64,000 nucleotides of DNA from Pseudomonadota bacterium (GCA_037142195.1 JBAXBA010000006.1:1-64000), one strand, 5' to 3'; positions 1-9,241 are shown, numbered from the stretch's first letter. The notes: generated by a model not told the origin, from the letters alone. Made by a program: numbers and translations.

Positions 1-55
1 ATCCTCTCTCTATCCTCTCTCTATCCTCTCTCTATCCTCTCTCTATCCTCTCTCT
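1..55. repeat. Tandem repeat (ATCCTCTCTCT) x5
   Basis: Five perfect 11-bp units from position 1; may continue left of the window. Confidence 0.95.
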
Positions 56-132
56 GATCCTTTGAAGGCTAGGAAACGCTTTGCATGACTTGGCGTTTAA
101 GGGTAGGTTGCGCTCGCATACTAGGGGGGCCT

Positions 133-948
133 ATGCCGGAATTGCCTGAAGTAGAAACCGTGGTTCGAGGGTTATCGTTAGCCGTTACAGGTCACTCCCT
201 ATCATCGATTACATTCTACAGAGATAAAATTAGGGAAGACATTCCCACCCAGCTATTTCGAGAGCTGTTTGAAGGTCAACCCATTCTGGATATCTTTCGG
301 CGCGGCAAGTATATCATTTTGCGCACGGACTTGGGCTTTGGTCTCATTCATTTGGGGATGTCTGGGGTTTTAGCTTTAGAATCCCAGGCATTACCCCTTC
401 CTCGCCATACCCACTTTACAGCGAATATTGATTCCACTTCTGAGCGATTAAGATTCACAGACCCCCGGCGATTTGGTCGTTTGGGTGCCGTTAAGGCTCT
501 GGAAGATTGCATTTGGCTCTCATCCCTGGGAGTCGAGCCCTTGATTCAAAGAAATTTAGGTGGCTATTTGGGTAAAATGGCAAAAAACCGAAAAGTTCCC
601 ATTAAAAACTTTATTATGGATTCAAAAATTTTGGTTGGTGTCGGTAATATTTATGCCTCGGAATCTTTATTTGATGCGGGTATTTCTCCTCTGCGCTCTG
701 CTAATTCTCTCAGTAAAATAGAGTGGTTGCGCTTGTCCAAGTCGATACAATCGATCCTAAAGAAGGCGATCAAGGCCGGAGGCACCACTCTTAAGGACTA
801 TCGAACTAGCGGTGGTGAGATGGGATATTTTGTAAATGAATTAATGGTTTATGGCAAAAAAGAGCCTTGTTGGAAATGCCGTAGTCCCATCACGCAAATA
901 CGCCAATCTGGGCGCTCTACATGGTTTTGCTCAGGGTGCCAAAAGTAA
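133..948 (+). CDS. mutM: Formamidopyrimidine-DNA glycosylase / AP lyase
   Basis: N-terminal MPELPEVE (start moved to the ATG at 133, after a G-rich RBS), RRGKY, HLGMSG, DPRRFG, GVGNIYASE and a C-terminal CxxC..CxxCQ zinc finger. Confidence 0.97.
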   Translation: MPELPEVETVVRGLSLAVTGHSLSSITFYRDKIREDIPTQLFRELFEGQPILDIFRRGKYIILRTDLGFGLIHLGMSGVLALESQALPLPRHTHFTANIDSTSERLRFTDPRRFGRLGAVKALEDCIWLSSLGVEPLIQRNLGGYLGKMAKNRKVPIKNFIMDSKILVGVGNIYASESLFDAGISPLRSANSLSKIEWLRLSKSIQSILKKAIKAGGTTLKDYRTSGGEMGYFVNELMVYGKKEPCWKCRSPITQIRQSGRSTWFCSGCQK

Positions 949-1018
949 TCTTTTCATTCCAACTCTATAATTTTATTTAAAATATTATAATATTACGGAT
1001 TTGTAATATTTATTTTAT

Positions 1019-1045
1019 TAATATTAATATAACCCATAACGATGG
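1019..1045 (+). promoter_or_regulatory. Weak sigma28-like promoter candidate for flagellin
   Basis: TAAT-N15-AACGATGG; only the CGAT core and the spacing match TAAA-N15-GCCGATAA. Confidence 0.3.
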
Positions 1046-1108
1046 CTCTCCAAACTCAGTTAACAAAACTGAAATCAGTAACAACCCAAATTACGGGAGA
1101 GGTAAATT

Positions 1109-1963
1109 ATGGGACTTCGCATCAGGACTAACGTGGCGTCACTAACAGCCCAAAGGCAAATGGCAAACACATCAAAGGCACTTAATGATTCTATGGATAA
1201 GCTATCCAGTGGCTACCGAATCAACAAGGCATCTGATGATGCAGCAGGTCTTGCCATTTCCGAGCAAATTAAGGCAAACCTTGGATCCCTCGGCCAAGCA
1301 AAGCGCAATGCTTCTGACGGGATTTCTATGATTCAGATCGCAGAAGGCGGGATGAATGAAGTGTCGAACATTCTGGTTCGACTCAGAGAGCTTTCCACGC
1401 AAGCAGCATCTGATACCGTTGGTGCTAAAGAAAGAGAGTTTTCAAACCGTGAATATACACAGCTTGTAGACGAAGTGGATCGTTTATCTAATACCGTTGA
1501 GTTCAACGGCATCAAACTCCTCAAAGGAGCCGAAGCTGGTATTGATACAGCTTCTATACATGTAGGATCGGGAAATGGCTCAGTAGAAAACTCCGATACC
1601 ATTCTACTTGACGTGAAAAATTTGGAAGTAAGTTCTGCCAAGTTGGAATTAGGTAAGGGAGATGAAATTACAACACGAGAAGGCGCATCAGAAAGACTGG
1701 CCACCATAGATAACGCCCTTTCGACCGTATCTTCTCTAAGAGCAACTATGGGTGCAAAACAAAGCCGCCTCAATAGTACAATCAACAACCTTTCCATTTC
1801 TATAGAGAACCAGTCTGCTACAAACAGCCGAATCAAAGACGTCGATTTTGCTGCAGAAGTCGCTGTTTCCAGCCAAAACAGAATTTTGGCTCAAAGCGGT
1901 ATCTCTGTACTTTCTCAAGCCAATTCTATTCCTGAAATGGCGGTGTCTCTAATCCGCGGTTAG
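1109..1963 (+). CDS. fliC: Flagellin (short type)
   Basis: MGLRIRTNVAS, LSSGYRINKASDDAAGLAIS, NASDGISMIQIAEG, SRIKDVDFAAE, VLSQAN; 284 aa; GGGAGAGG RBS. Confidence 0.97.
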   Translation: MGLRIRTNVASLTAQRQMANTSKALNDSMDKLSSGYRINKASDDAAGLAISEQIKANLGSLGQAKRNASDGISMIQIAEGGMNEVSNILVRLRELSTQAASDTVGAKEREFSNREYTQLVDEVDRLSNTVEFNGIKLLKGAEAGIDTASIHVGSGNGSVENSDTILLDVKNLEVSSAKLELGKGDEITTREGASERLATIDNALSTVSSLRATMGAKQSRLNSTINNLSISIENQSATNSRIKDVDFAAEVAVSSQNRILAQSGISVLSQANSIPEMAVSLIRG

Positions 1964-1998
1964 AACCTCGACCAGTTAATAATAGCAACCTAAACTTC

Positions 1999-2040
1999 TT
2001 TCGAGTGGTGCCATTTTGATACCACTCGAAACTTTTTTTT
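1999..2040 (+). terminator. Intrinsic terminator after flagellin
   Basis: TTTCGAGTGGT..ACCACTCGAAA stem followed by a T run. Confidence 0.8.
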
Positions 2041-2082
2041 GTTAAGGCCCTAATTTCGCGCCATTTTTTCGCCCAATAATCA

Positions 2083-2099
2083 TTGGCAAGCGAATTGCA
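2083..2099 (+). promoter_or_regulatory. Sigma54 (-24/-12) promoter
   Basis: TTGGCAAGCGAATTGCA: GG(2085-86)-N10-GC(2097-98), about 40 bp upstream of the ATG at 2138. Confidence 0.7.
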
Positions 2100-2137
2100 T
2101 CTGTACAGTTAAGGCTCGACAATGGGAGGAACGCCTC

Positions 2138-2350
2138 ATGATAACTTCAACTTCGATAGCGATTAGACTTGGAACTTCACTCGATGAAGTAGAGAAAAAA
2201 GTGATTTTAGAAACGCTACAAATGCATCGCTATAATCGAACTAAAACTGCAAAAGTACTAGGTATTGGGATTCGCACGCTTCAGCGTAAGTTAAAAGAGT
2301 ATGAATCCCATGTTGCCGTCATGGAGTTTAATCCGCCGCTGGCTAACTAG
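2138..2350 (+). CDS. Stand-alone Fis/NtrC-type (HTH_8) DNA-binding protein
   Basis: SLDEVEKKVILETL..NRTKTAKVLGIGIRTLQRKLKEY matches the C-terminal HTH of enhancer-binding proteins; GGGAGG RBS. Confidence 0.88.
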   Translation: MITSTSIAIRLGTSLDEVEKKVILETLQMHRYNRTKTAKVLGIGIRTLQRKLKEYESHVAVMEFNPPLAN

Positions 2351-2375
2351 TGTAAGGCTAGTCTTTTCGTCATCT

Positions 2376-2405
2376 AACCCCCCCCCGCGAATGTTGGGGG
2401 TTTTT
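2376..2405 (+). terminator. Probable intrinsic terminator
   Basis: AACCCCC..GGGGGTT stem followed by Ts. Confidence 0.55.
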
Positions 2406-2410
2406 AAGTC

Positions 2411-2440
2411 TTGACAGGCTCCTTACATTTGTTTATTAAT
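2411..2440 (+). promoter_or_regulatory. Sigma70-type promoter of the tRNA
   Basis: Perfect TTGACA at 2411, 17-bp spacer, then TATTAAT, 15 bp before the tRNA. Confidence 0.65.
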
Positions 2441-2455
2441 TCGACCTCAAACTGC

Positions 2456-2532
<77 letters not shown>

Positions 2533-2867
2533 CCCTTCTCTTCGAGATTAGGTGAGAGAATTTTGTCCAACTCAAAAATAAATTCCCCCATATTATTGAT
2601 AGCTTAAGTCTTACTAGACACTAAAAATTTACAGTCTTTTTTGTTTTCCAACTTCCATCAGAGATGGGTTTTGATGTTCTTACTCAATCCTCAACAGCCA
2701 AGCAGAAAAAGAAATTCAAAATTTACCGCTCTTTTTTAAAGATTCTATCAACGCCCTGCCTAGGCCCTCCGAGATAGCGGCGCCCCTTTTTAGTGGGAGG
2801 GTAATTTGAGGGTCTTGGTTTTTTAGACCTATTCTTGGCAAGAGGCTTTTTGCTGGCAGGCTGCTAG

Positions 2868-2989
2868 GCTTTTTTGAGCTGCCATTGGAGGGCGACTATT
2901 TTAGCACCTTTATGCCCCTATGCTTTTTTGAGATTCTTATTGGCTGATTTGCTTTTAGAGCTCTATCTAAGTTGCTTTGCTTTTTTGAG
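2868..2989. repeat. Three exact GCTTTTTTGAG direct repeats
   Basis: Copies at 2868, 2922 and 2979, with a variant GCTTTTAGAG at 2951. Confidence 0.7.
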
Positions 2990-3041
2990 CTCCTTTTCGA
3001 CCGCATGGCTATTTGGGTTATCCTCTAGGCTGTTTTGCTTT

Positions 3042-3164
3042 TTAATTGCCCTTTTTTTGCATATAAGTTGGCTTTCTAAACTTCGTTTTGAGGCAGTTTT
3101 TTGTCTCTATTTTTTTAGTGGAATAGAAATTTAGGGCTTCTTTTTTTAAGTTTCCGCCAACCAT
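3042..3164 (-). CDS. Putative 40-aa basic peptide
   Basis: Hand-translated MVGGNLKKEALNFYSTKKIETKNCLKTKFRKPTYMQKKGN; AAAAAGGTTCCTTT precedes the ATG; below the ORF-track cutoff. Confidence 0.25.
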   Translation of the reverse strand: MVGGNLKKEALNFYSTKKIETKNCLKTKFRKPTYMQKKGN

Positions 3165-3314
3165 AAAGGAACCTTTTTATTCAAGCTCACCTAGCCTAAA
3201 TGTACAGCAAATCCACACTATTTTCGTGAAGTTCTATCTGCGAGAACTCGCCAAATTATAATGCCTCGTCAAAATGTATGAAAAATAATCAGCTGATATT
3301 CGAGTATTTTTAGT

Positions 3315-3356
3315 CTTTAAACAGGTTATATACAAGTTATGCATAGGTTATCCACA
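3315..3356 (+). promoter_or_regulatory. Phased DnaA-box-like array
   Basis: CTTTAAACA (3315), TTATATACA (3326), TTATGCATA (3337) and a perfect TTATCCACA (3348), exactly 11 bp apart. Confidence 0.6.
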
Positions 3357-3442
3357 GATCCCTAAGCAGTTTTTACAAAATGAATTCTATGTCCGCGCGT
3401 TTTTTTCCCTCGCGACGGCACTCCAAAGAGTCTATTTTTTTC

Positions 3443-3478
3443 TCCGCCAATCTGCTCAATATTGAATCAGATGGCGGA
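3443..3478. other. Imperfect 36-bp palindrome downstream of parB
   Basis: TCCGCCAATCTGCTCAAT / ATTGAATCAGATGGCGGA, flanked by CTATTTTTT on both sides. Confidence 0.6.
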
Positions 3479-3509
3479 CCTATTTTTTGGCATAGGTTGA
3501 CATTTCATT

Positions 3510-4313
3510 TCACTTATGTATTTTTTTTGCCGATGCTTTGTCTATTAAACCGAGATCCACCAACATGGTTAAAAGCAGAATTTGATCTTTTTTTGCGATT
3601 TTTTTTCTAGAAAAATAGTCAAGAGCCTTAGCGGACAGATTGAACTTCATTGGTTTTTCCAAATGAGTTTCAAGCTTGATTAACCCAGCTTTTTGCTTAA
3701 GTTCTTTTAGCAGCTCCTTTTCAGATAGATCGCGACTTGCCAGCTGCAATAAGGCCCCTGTTTTTAGCTTTTCAGGATAGTCATATATTATCTTTCTGGC
3801 GGGCTCAGACCAGGTGGCCATTTTTTGAAATCGGCCGATGGTTTTTCGATCTTTTTTCATAATTTCTTGAAGTTTAAGCTGACTCATTCCAGCTTCTTTA
3901 AGCTTGTGCAGCTGAATGCCAATGTCGAGAGGGTGAAGGTTTCGGCGCGCTGTATTTTCAAAGAGCTGGACCATTTGTTTGGTTGATAAAGTGTCAAAAT
4001 GTCGAATGACACATGGAACTTTATCCATTTTTAAGGACTCACAAGCGGCAAATCTTCGATGACCAGAAACACAAACAATTTGACCGGCCGCTACAGTAAC
4101 TATGGGATGCTGGAGAAGTCCGACCTCTTTTATCGAGGCTGTAAGTGCCTCTAGATCAGGGTCATTTTGTTCCGTTCGGTCATTTCGAACGTTTTCCGTA
4201 CGCACAACCAAATTCAGTGGAATGGGTACCACAGTTCCATCTTTAACCGTATTTAACATGGAAATAGCTTGGTCTTGCTTGATTCTGGCAGCGGTATCCG
4301 TAAATCTTTTCAT
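3510..4313 (-). CDS. parB: ParB/RepB/Spo0J family partition protein (plasmid-like)
   Basis: DLEALTASIKEVGLLQHPIV, SGHRRF arginine patch, FENTARRNL, HTH MSQLKLQEIMKKDRKTIGR; starts immediately after the parA stop. Confidence 0.9.
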   Translation of the reverse strand: MKRFTDTAARIKQDQAISMLNTVKDGTVVPIPLNLVVRTENVRNDRTEQNDPDLEALTASIKEVGLLQHPIVTVAAGQIVCVSGHRRFAACESLKMDKVPCVIRHFDTLSTKQMVQLFENTARRNLHPLDIGIQLHKLKEAGMSQLKLQEIMKKDRKTIGRFQKMATWSEPARKIIYDYPEKLKTGALLQLASRDLSEKELLKELKQKAGLIKLETHLEKPMKFNLSAKALDYFSRKKIAKKDQILLLTMLVDLGLIDKASAKKIHK

Positions 4314-5192
4314 TTAAAAAATCTCCAAATTGCGTGATTCACCAAAGAGATTCATGATCTCGGAAGGCGTGCCTTTAACCTTTGGCGTGCCATTGGTGGT
4401 GGAACCCTTTGCGGTTGTCAAATCTCGAATCAATTTTTTTGCTAAGGTTAAATAGGCCTCAGAAACGGGAAGATCGGGTTTATACCAGATGAGCGGCTTT
4501 TGATTGGAAGAACTTCCTGCAAGCGCTTTTGAGTCGGGAATGAGGCCCCGGATCGCAATTTTATTTGATTTACAAAACCGCTCCAAGAGTTCAAGAAACT
4601 TTACATGGGTAGTATTTTGGCGATCAAATTTTGTGATCACGAGCCCTAGGAAGCCGAGGCCTCTATTTAGGGTGCCTTTTATCGTAGTGATTTCAGAAAA
4701 CATATACTGGAGCCCGTCAAAGGGGTCCGCTTCAGCAAACATGGGAACTAAGTAGAAGTCAGCCGCCGTTAAAGCCATTTGGAAAAGGAGGTCAAGGCTT
4801 GGGTGGGTATCAATTAAAATGATATCGTAGGCCTTGGCCTCTTTTTGTTCGAAAGCTTTTTTAAGAAGTAGTACGGAACCCGGTTCTAATATCTTCTCCC
4901 TGGCAAGTTTAGAAAGCAGCATATCTCCCGCAAGGAGATCCAGGTTCGGGTGGCATGTCTTCATTACGGTTTGGCTGAGTCGACTTTCCCCGGTAATCAC
5001 GGAAGCAGTAGACTTAGACTGTTTTTTGGCTTCAAATTTTAACCCTAAATAGGAAGATGCATTAGCTTGGTAATCCAAATCAACCAGAAGCGTCTTCTTG
5101 CCGGATTCAGCCAGGCACGCGGCTAGATTTGCAGCAGTGGCAGTTTTTCCAACTCCGCCCTTTTGGTTCGCAATTGCAATAATTTTTGCCAA
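4314..5192 (-). CDS. parA: ParA/Soj family ATPase
   Basis: IAIANQKGGVGKT deviant Walker A, LLVDLDYQANAS, YDIILIDTHPS; TTG start with AGGGAG RBS. Confidence 0.93.
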   Translation of the reverse strand: MAKIIAIANQKGGVGKTATAANLAACLAESGKKTLLVDLDYQANASSYLGLKFEAKKQSKSTASVITGESRLSQTVMKTCHPNLDLLAGDMLLSKLAREKILEPGSVLLLKKAFEQKEAKAYDIILIDTHPSLDLLFQMALTAADFYLVPMFAEADPFDGLQYMFSEITTIKGTLNRGLGFLGLVITKFDRQNTTHVKFLELLERFCKSNKIAIRGLIPDSKALAGSSSNQKPLIWYKPDLPVSEAYLTLAKKLIRDLTTAKGSTTNGTPKVKGTPSEIMNLFGESRNLEIF

Positions 5193-5262
5193 AGATAACT
5201 CCCTACTTAGATGATGATTGGGGTCATTATAAGATCACCTTGTAGAAAAACGCAAAATGAAA

Positions 5263-5281
5263 ATGGGATCTTACATCCCAT
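5263..5281. promoter_or_regulatory. Palindromic site upstream of parA
   Basis: ATGGGAT-CTTAC-ATCCCAT, perfect 7-bp arms about 70 bp upstream of the parA start. Confidence 0.4.
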
Positions 5282-5607
5282 CATGCTTAGCGGAAGGATT
5301 TACTTCCTTCATTCCTTTGTCAAACTGTGGGAGCAAGAGCAAATTATTTTGGAGACGCCGGTTGGAGGCGCCATTTTTATTTCTCGGAAAATGAATCCGC
5401 GGTTTTTTGAGTCCCTCCTTTTGAGGTTTTCATAGGGAATCAGGTCATTGCTTCTTTGCACAAGGTAAAATGGAGCTTCTTTACTTCATCGTTTCAAGTT
5501 TTTAATTCGGGCAAACTGCTGCTAAGTCAACTCATCAAGAGCAGCTGTTTCAGCTTTTTATTGTGATATAGAAGTTTTGAGAGGACATTTCCATGGGGGA
5601 ATCGTAT

Positions 5608-5862
5608 CTAGCGATGGGGCGAAACAAAACCTTCCGCGGGCAACTCGCCCGTGACTTTTACGGTTTCTTTCTTTTGCAGCGAATTCAGGAGGTCTTCTTT
5701 TGTCTTGAGTTCTGAGGCCGAGTACATGGTCCTTAAGTCTGTCACCGGTGTTTCATCGCCTTGACGCGACCTTTTCATGACGACCCCACCGCCAATATTA
5801 ATGGTTGCGCAACCGGACAGGATATTTGTCATAAGTACACTTGCATAAATAAGTAGTCTCAT
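5608..5862 (-). CDS. Small hypothetical lipoprotein
   Basis: MRLLIYASVLMTNILSG-C lipobox after moving the start to the ATG at 5862; purine-rich RBS. Confidence 0.65.
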   Translation of the reverse strand: MRLLIYASVLMTNILSGCATINIGGGVVMKRSRQGDETPVTDLRTMYSASELKTKEDLLNSLQKKETVKVTGELPAEGFVSPHR

Positions 5863-6044
5863 GTTTTCCCCTTTTCTCCCTTTTTCTTCACCTCTCCTGT
5901 CTATCGGCACGACAGCGCAAAGAGCGTAATGCTTAGCGATAACCGCATGAAATTGCCTGGATTTTATTTATATTCAAGAGCCAAAGACCAAATAGATCGG
6001 TCCAGATCTTAGGGCTGGGATAGAATAGGCGCCTGAAGATAGAG

Positions 6045-7007
6045 TCAGGATTTTAACGAAGCAAGCTTCTTCTCAAAATAAGGAATTGTTTTTTTGAGCC
6101 CTTCTTCGAGGTTAATTTTGGGAGACCAGTTCAAGTCTCTCTTTGTTTGGGAGAGATCTGGTTTTCTCACTTTGGGGTCGTCGGAGGGAAGCGGCTTTCG
6201 ATCAATTTTTACCTTGGTGCCGACAAGAGAGCGGACTTTTTCCGCAAGTTCGGCAACCGTAAATTCGACATCATTTCCGATGTTGTAGGGTCCGGTTAGT
6301 TTAGACTCATCGGCGAGCTTTAAAATGACGTCGACTAAGTCGTCACCAAAGCAAAAAGACCTCGTTTGTTCCCCGTCGCCATAAATGGTGAGGGCTTCTC
6401 CCCTAAGGGCCTGGACAATAAAATTAGAAACCACGCGACCATCCTCAACAGCCATTCTTGGTCCATAGGTGTTGAAAATTCGAACTAAGCCGATATTCAA
6501 ATCAAATTGACGCTGATAGTCGAAAAAAAGTGTTTCTGCGATACGCTTACCCTCGTCATAGCAACTGCGGATTCCATGGGGATTAACATTGCCCCAATAA
6601 GATTCTTTTTGTGGGTGCTCCTTGGGGTCTCCGTAGACTTCAGAGGTGGAAGCTTGAATAATGCGGGCTCGATTTTTTTTGGCCAATTCTAAGGTGTTTA
6701 AAGCCCCCAGGAAGGAAATTTTGGCTGTATAAACCGGATCTTTTTGGTAGTGCACGGGGCTTGCGGGACAAGCAAAATTCATGATTAAGTCGATCTTTTG
6801 AGGAAGGACCTCAACTAAAGGATCGCAAACATCGTGGCTTACAAGTGTAAACCTTTTATCATCCGCTAAGTGGGCGACATTGGCCTTTGAGCCTGTGTAA
6901 AAATTATCAAGACAAATCACGTTAAAAGTTCTGTCTAGAAAACGATCGCAAAGATGGCTGCCTAGAAATCCGGCACCCCCGGTTATAAGAACTGTTTTAT
7001 TAGACAT
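6045..7007 (-). CDS. UDP-glucuronate decarboxylase (UXS-like extended SDR)
   Basis: [58 protein letters not shown]; start placed at MSNKTV. Confidence 0.92.
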   Translation of the reverse strand: MSNKTVLITGGAGFLGSHLCDRFLDRTFNVICLDNFYTGSKANVAHLADDKRFTLVSHDVCDPLVEVLPQKIDLIMNFACPASPVHYQKDPVYTAKISFLGALNTLELAKKNRARIIQASTSEVYGDPKEHPQKESYWGNVNPHGIRSCYDEGKRIAETLFFDYQRQFDLNIGLVRIFNTYGPRMAVEDGRVVSNFIVQALRGEALTIYGDGEQTRSFCFGDDLVDVILKLADESKLTGPYNIGNDVEFTVAELAEKVRSLVGTKVKIDRKPLPSDDPKVRKPDLSQTKRDLNWSPKINLEEGLKKTIPYFEKKLASLKS

Positions 7008-7186
7008 CAATACCGCCGTCCTATCAGGATGAAGGGACCACAATAAGCTATCTCACCAATATTTTTCCACAAAATTGAGAAATTATTTTGCCTAATCTGC
7101 AGGATCAGAGTAAATTTTTAGATCCCTAAAATGCAAAGGAAGGTCTCCCTAGCATTTCTAACTTTTTTTGAGAGGACAGCTGACTC

Positions 7187-8353
7187 ATGAATATTCACGA
7201 GTATCAAGCCAAGAAGCTATTTGCTGATAACGGAGTTCCCGTACCAGCAGGTTACCTTGCCTATTCCCCGATCGAAGCTGAGTTTGCTTTTCGCCGTCTA
7301 AAATCAGCAGTTGCTGTTGTCAAGGCGCAAGTTCACGCAGGCGGCCGCGGCAAAGGCGGTGGCGTTAAAGTTGTAAAAACAGCTGAAGATGCGGCTAAGA
7401 TAGCGGAGTCTATGATCGGAATGACGCTAGTCACTCATCAAACAGGCCCTCAGGGTAAAAAAGTGCACAGTGTTTATGTGGAATCAGGATCAGATATCCA
7501 TAAAGAATATTATTTGGCGCTTCTGCTGGATCGCGCTACTGCCGGTGTCTCAATTGTCTTCTCAAAAGAGGGGGGGATGGATATCGAAGAGGTTGCGGAA
7601 AAGACTCCTGAAAAGATTGTTTCTGTATCTATCGATCCGACCGTCGGCGTCAAAGGATATCACTTAGCAAATATTGCAAAAAAAGCGGCACTTTCGGCTT
7701 CCGAAACGAAGGAACTTACAGCGATCGTTAAGAATTTGTATAAAATGTTTTTCAAATATGATTATCAAATGATTGAAATTAACCCGCTCGTGGTTACCGG
7801 CGAAGGCAAGATGCTTGCCTTAGATGGCAAAATGCAATTTGATGATAATGCGTTGTACCGTCAAAATGAAATTTCTTTCATGCGGGATTTTAAGGAAGAA
7901 GATGCCAGAGAAATCGAGGCTTCTAAATTTGGTCTATCTTATATCGGTCTTGAAGGAAATATCGGCTGCTTAGTTAATGGCGCTGGACTTGCCATGGGTA
8001 CCATGGACATCATTAAGTATTATGGCGGCGAGCCAGCAAACTTTTTGGATGTGGGCGGTGGCGCTAGCGAAGAACAAGTTAAAAACGCCTTTAGAATTAT
8101 TTTAACAGATAAGGCCGTTAAGGGCATATTTGTTAACATATTTGGTGGCATTATGAAGTGCGACACCATTGCCAATGGCGTCATCGCTGCGGCCAGGGAG
8201 CTTAAACTTCAGGTGCCTCTTGTCGTTCGACTTGAAGGAACAAACGTCGAACTAGGCAAGAAACTTCTTAGCGAGTCTGGGCTAAATATTACTACAGCTG
8301 ATGGTATGGCTGATGGTGCAGAGAAAATCGTTAAGCTTGTTAAAGCTAAGTAG
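7187..8353 (+). CDS. sucC: Succinyl-CoA ligase beta subunit
   Basis: [54 protein letters not shown]. Confidence 0.98.
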   Translation: MNIHEYQAKKLFADNGVPVPAGYLAYSPIEAEFAFRRLKSAVAVVKAQVHAGGRGKGGGVKVVKTAEDAAKIAESMIGMTLVTHQTGPQGKKVHSVYVESGSDIHKEYYLALLLDRATAGVSIVFSKEGGMDIEEVAEKTPEKIVSVSIDPTVGVKGYHLANIAKKAALSASETKELTAIVKNLYKMFFKYDYQMIEINPLVVTGEGKMLALDGKMQFDDNALYRQNEISFMRDFKEEDAREIEASKFGLSYIGLEGNIGCLVNGAGLAMGTMDIIKYYGGEPANFLDVGGGASEEQVKNAFRIILTDKAVKGIFVNIFGGIMKCDTIANGVIAAARELKLQVPLVVRLEGTNVELGKKLLSESGLNITTADGMADGAEKIVKLVKAK

Positions 8354-8362
8354 GGAGCAAAC

Positions 8363-9241
8363 ATGGGAATTTTTGTTGGCAATCATACGCGCGTGATCAC
8401 TCAAGGCATCACCGGCAAAAGCGGTGAATTTCATACGACTAAGTCACACGAATATGCTCCGCGATTTGTTGGTGGCGTAACCCCAGGTAAAGGCGGCTCT
8501 CACAGCTGCGGTTTGCCAGTATTTGATACGGTTAAAGAAGCGCGTGAGAAGACGAATGCGAATGCATCTATGATTTTTGTTCCACCACCTTTTGCGGCGG
8601 AAGCAATTTTAGAGGCGATCGACGCAGAAATCGAAACCATCGTCTGTATTACAGAAGGCATACCTGTTCTTGATATGATTCCCGTTAAAAAGGCTTTGGA
8701 CCGTTTAAAGGGCCGTATTCGTCTCATTGGCCCCAACTGCCCGGGAATTATCGTGCCAGGAGAATGCAAAATTGGAATTATGCCTGGACACGTTCACAAA
8801 AAAGGTGTCGTTGGCATTATATCCAAGTCAGGAACCCTAACCTATGAAGCGGTCGGACAAACCTCTGCTCTCAATCTTGGTCAGTCTACTTGTATCGGTA
8901 TTGGGGGAGATCCCATCATTGGGTCTTACTATACCGACCTTCTTCCCTACTTTGAAGCGGACCCTGAGACCAAGGCGATCGTTATGATCGGTGAAATTGG
9001 CGGCGATTTGGAAATCAAAGCGGCCCAGTTTATCAAGGAACATATTAAAAAGCCCGTGGTTGGTTTTATCGCTGGCCAAACGGCTCCAGTTGGAAAGAGA
9101 ATGGGACATGCTGGTGCCATTATCTCAGGTGGCAAAGGAACTGCGGCTGAGAAGATGGATGCCTTAAGAGCTGCGGGAGTTCACGTCGTAGAATCTCCAG
9201 CGGAAATCGGAAGAACCGTAGCTAAGGTATTGGGAAGATAA
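8363..9241 (+). CDS. sucD: Succinyl-CoA ligase alpha subunit
   Basis: [40 protein letters not shown] phospho-His motif. Confidence 0.98.
   Translation: MGIFVGNHTRVITQGITGKSGEFHTTKSHEYAPRFVGGVTPGKGGSHSCGLPVFDTVKEAREKTNANASMIFVPPPFAAEAILEAIDAEIETIVCITEGIPVLDMIPVKKALDRLKGRIRLIGPNCPGIIVPGECKIGIMPGHVHKKGVVGIISKSGTLTYEAVGQTSALNLGQSTCIGIGGDPIIGSYYTDLLPYFEADPETKAIVMIGEIGGDLEIKAAQFIKEHIKKPVVGFIAGQTAPVGKRMGHAGAIISGGKGTAAEKMDALRAAGVHVVESPAEIGRTVAKVLGR

Noticed and set aside
2868..2989. CRISPR-like array
   Set aside because: The repeats are only 11 bp, non-palindromic and low-complexity, and there are no cas genes.
2874..3134. 86-aa hydrophobic + strand ORF
   Set aside because: TTG start without an RBS; the hydrophobicity follows from the T-rich composition.
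3300..3360. Firm call as chromosomal oriC
   Set aside because: No dnaA/dnaN/gidA context, only one perfect box, and skew was not computed; kept only as a hypothesis.
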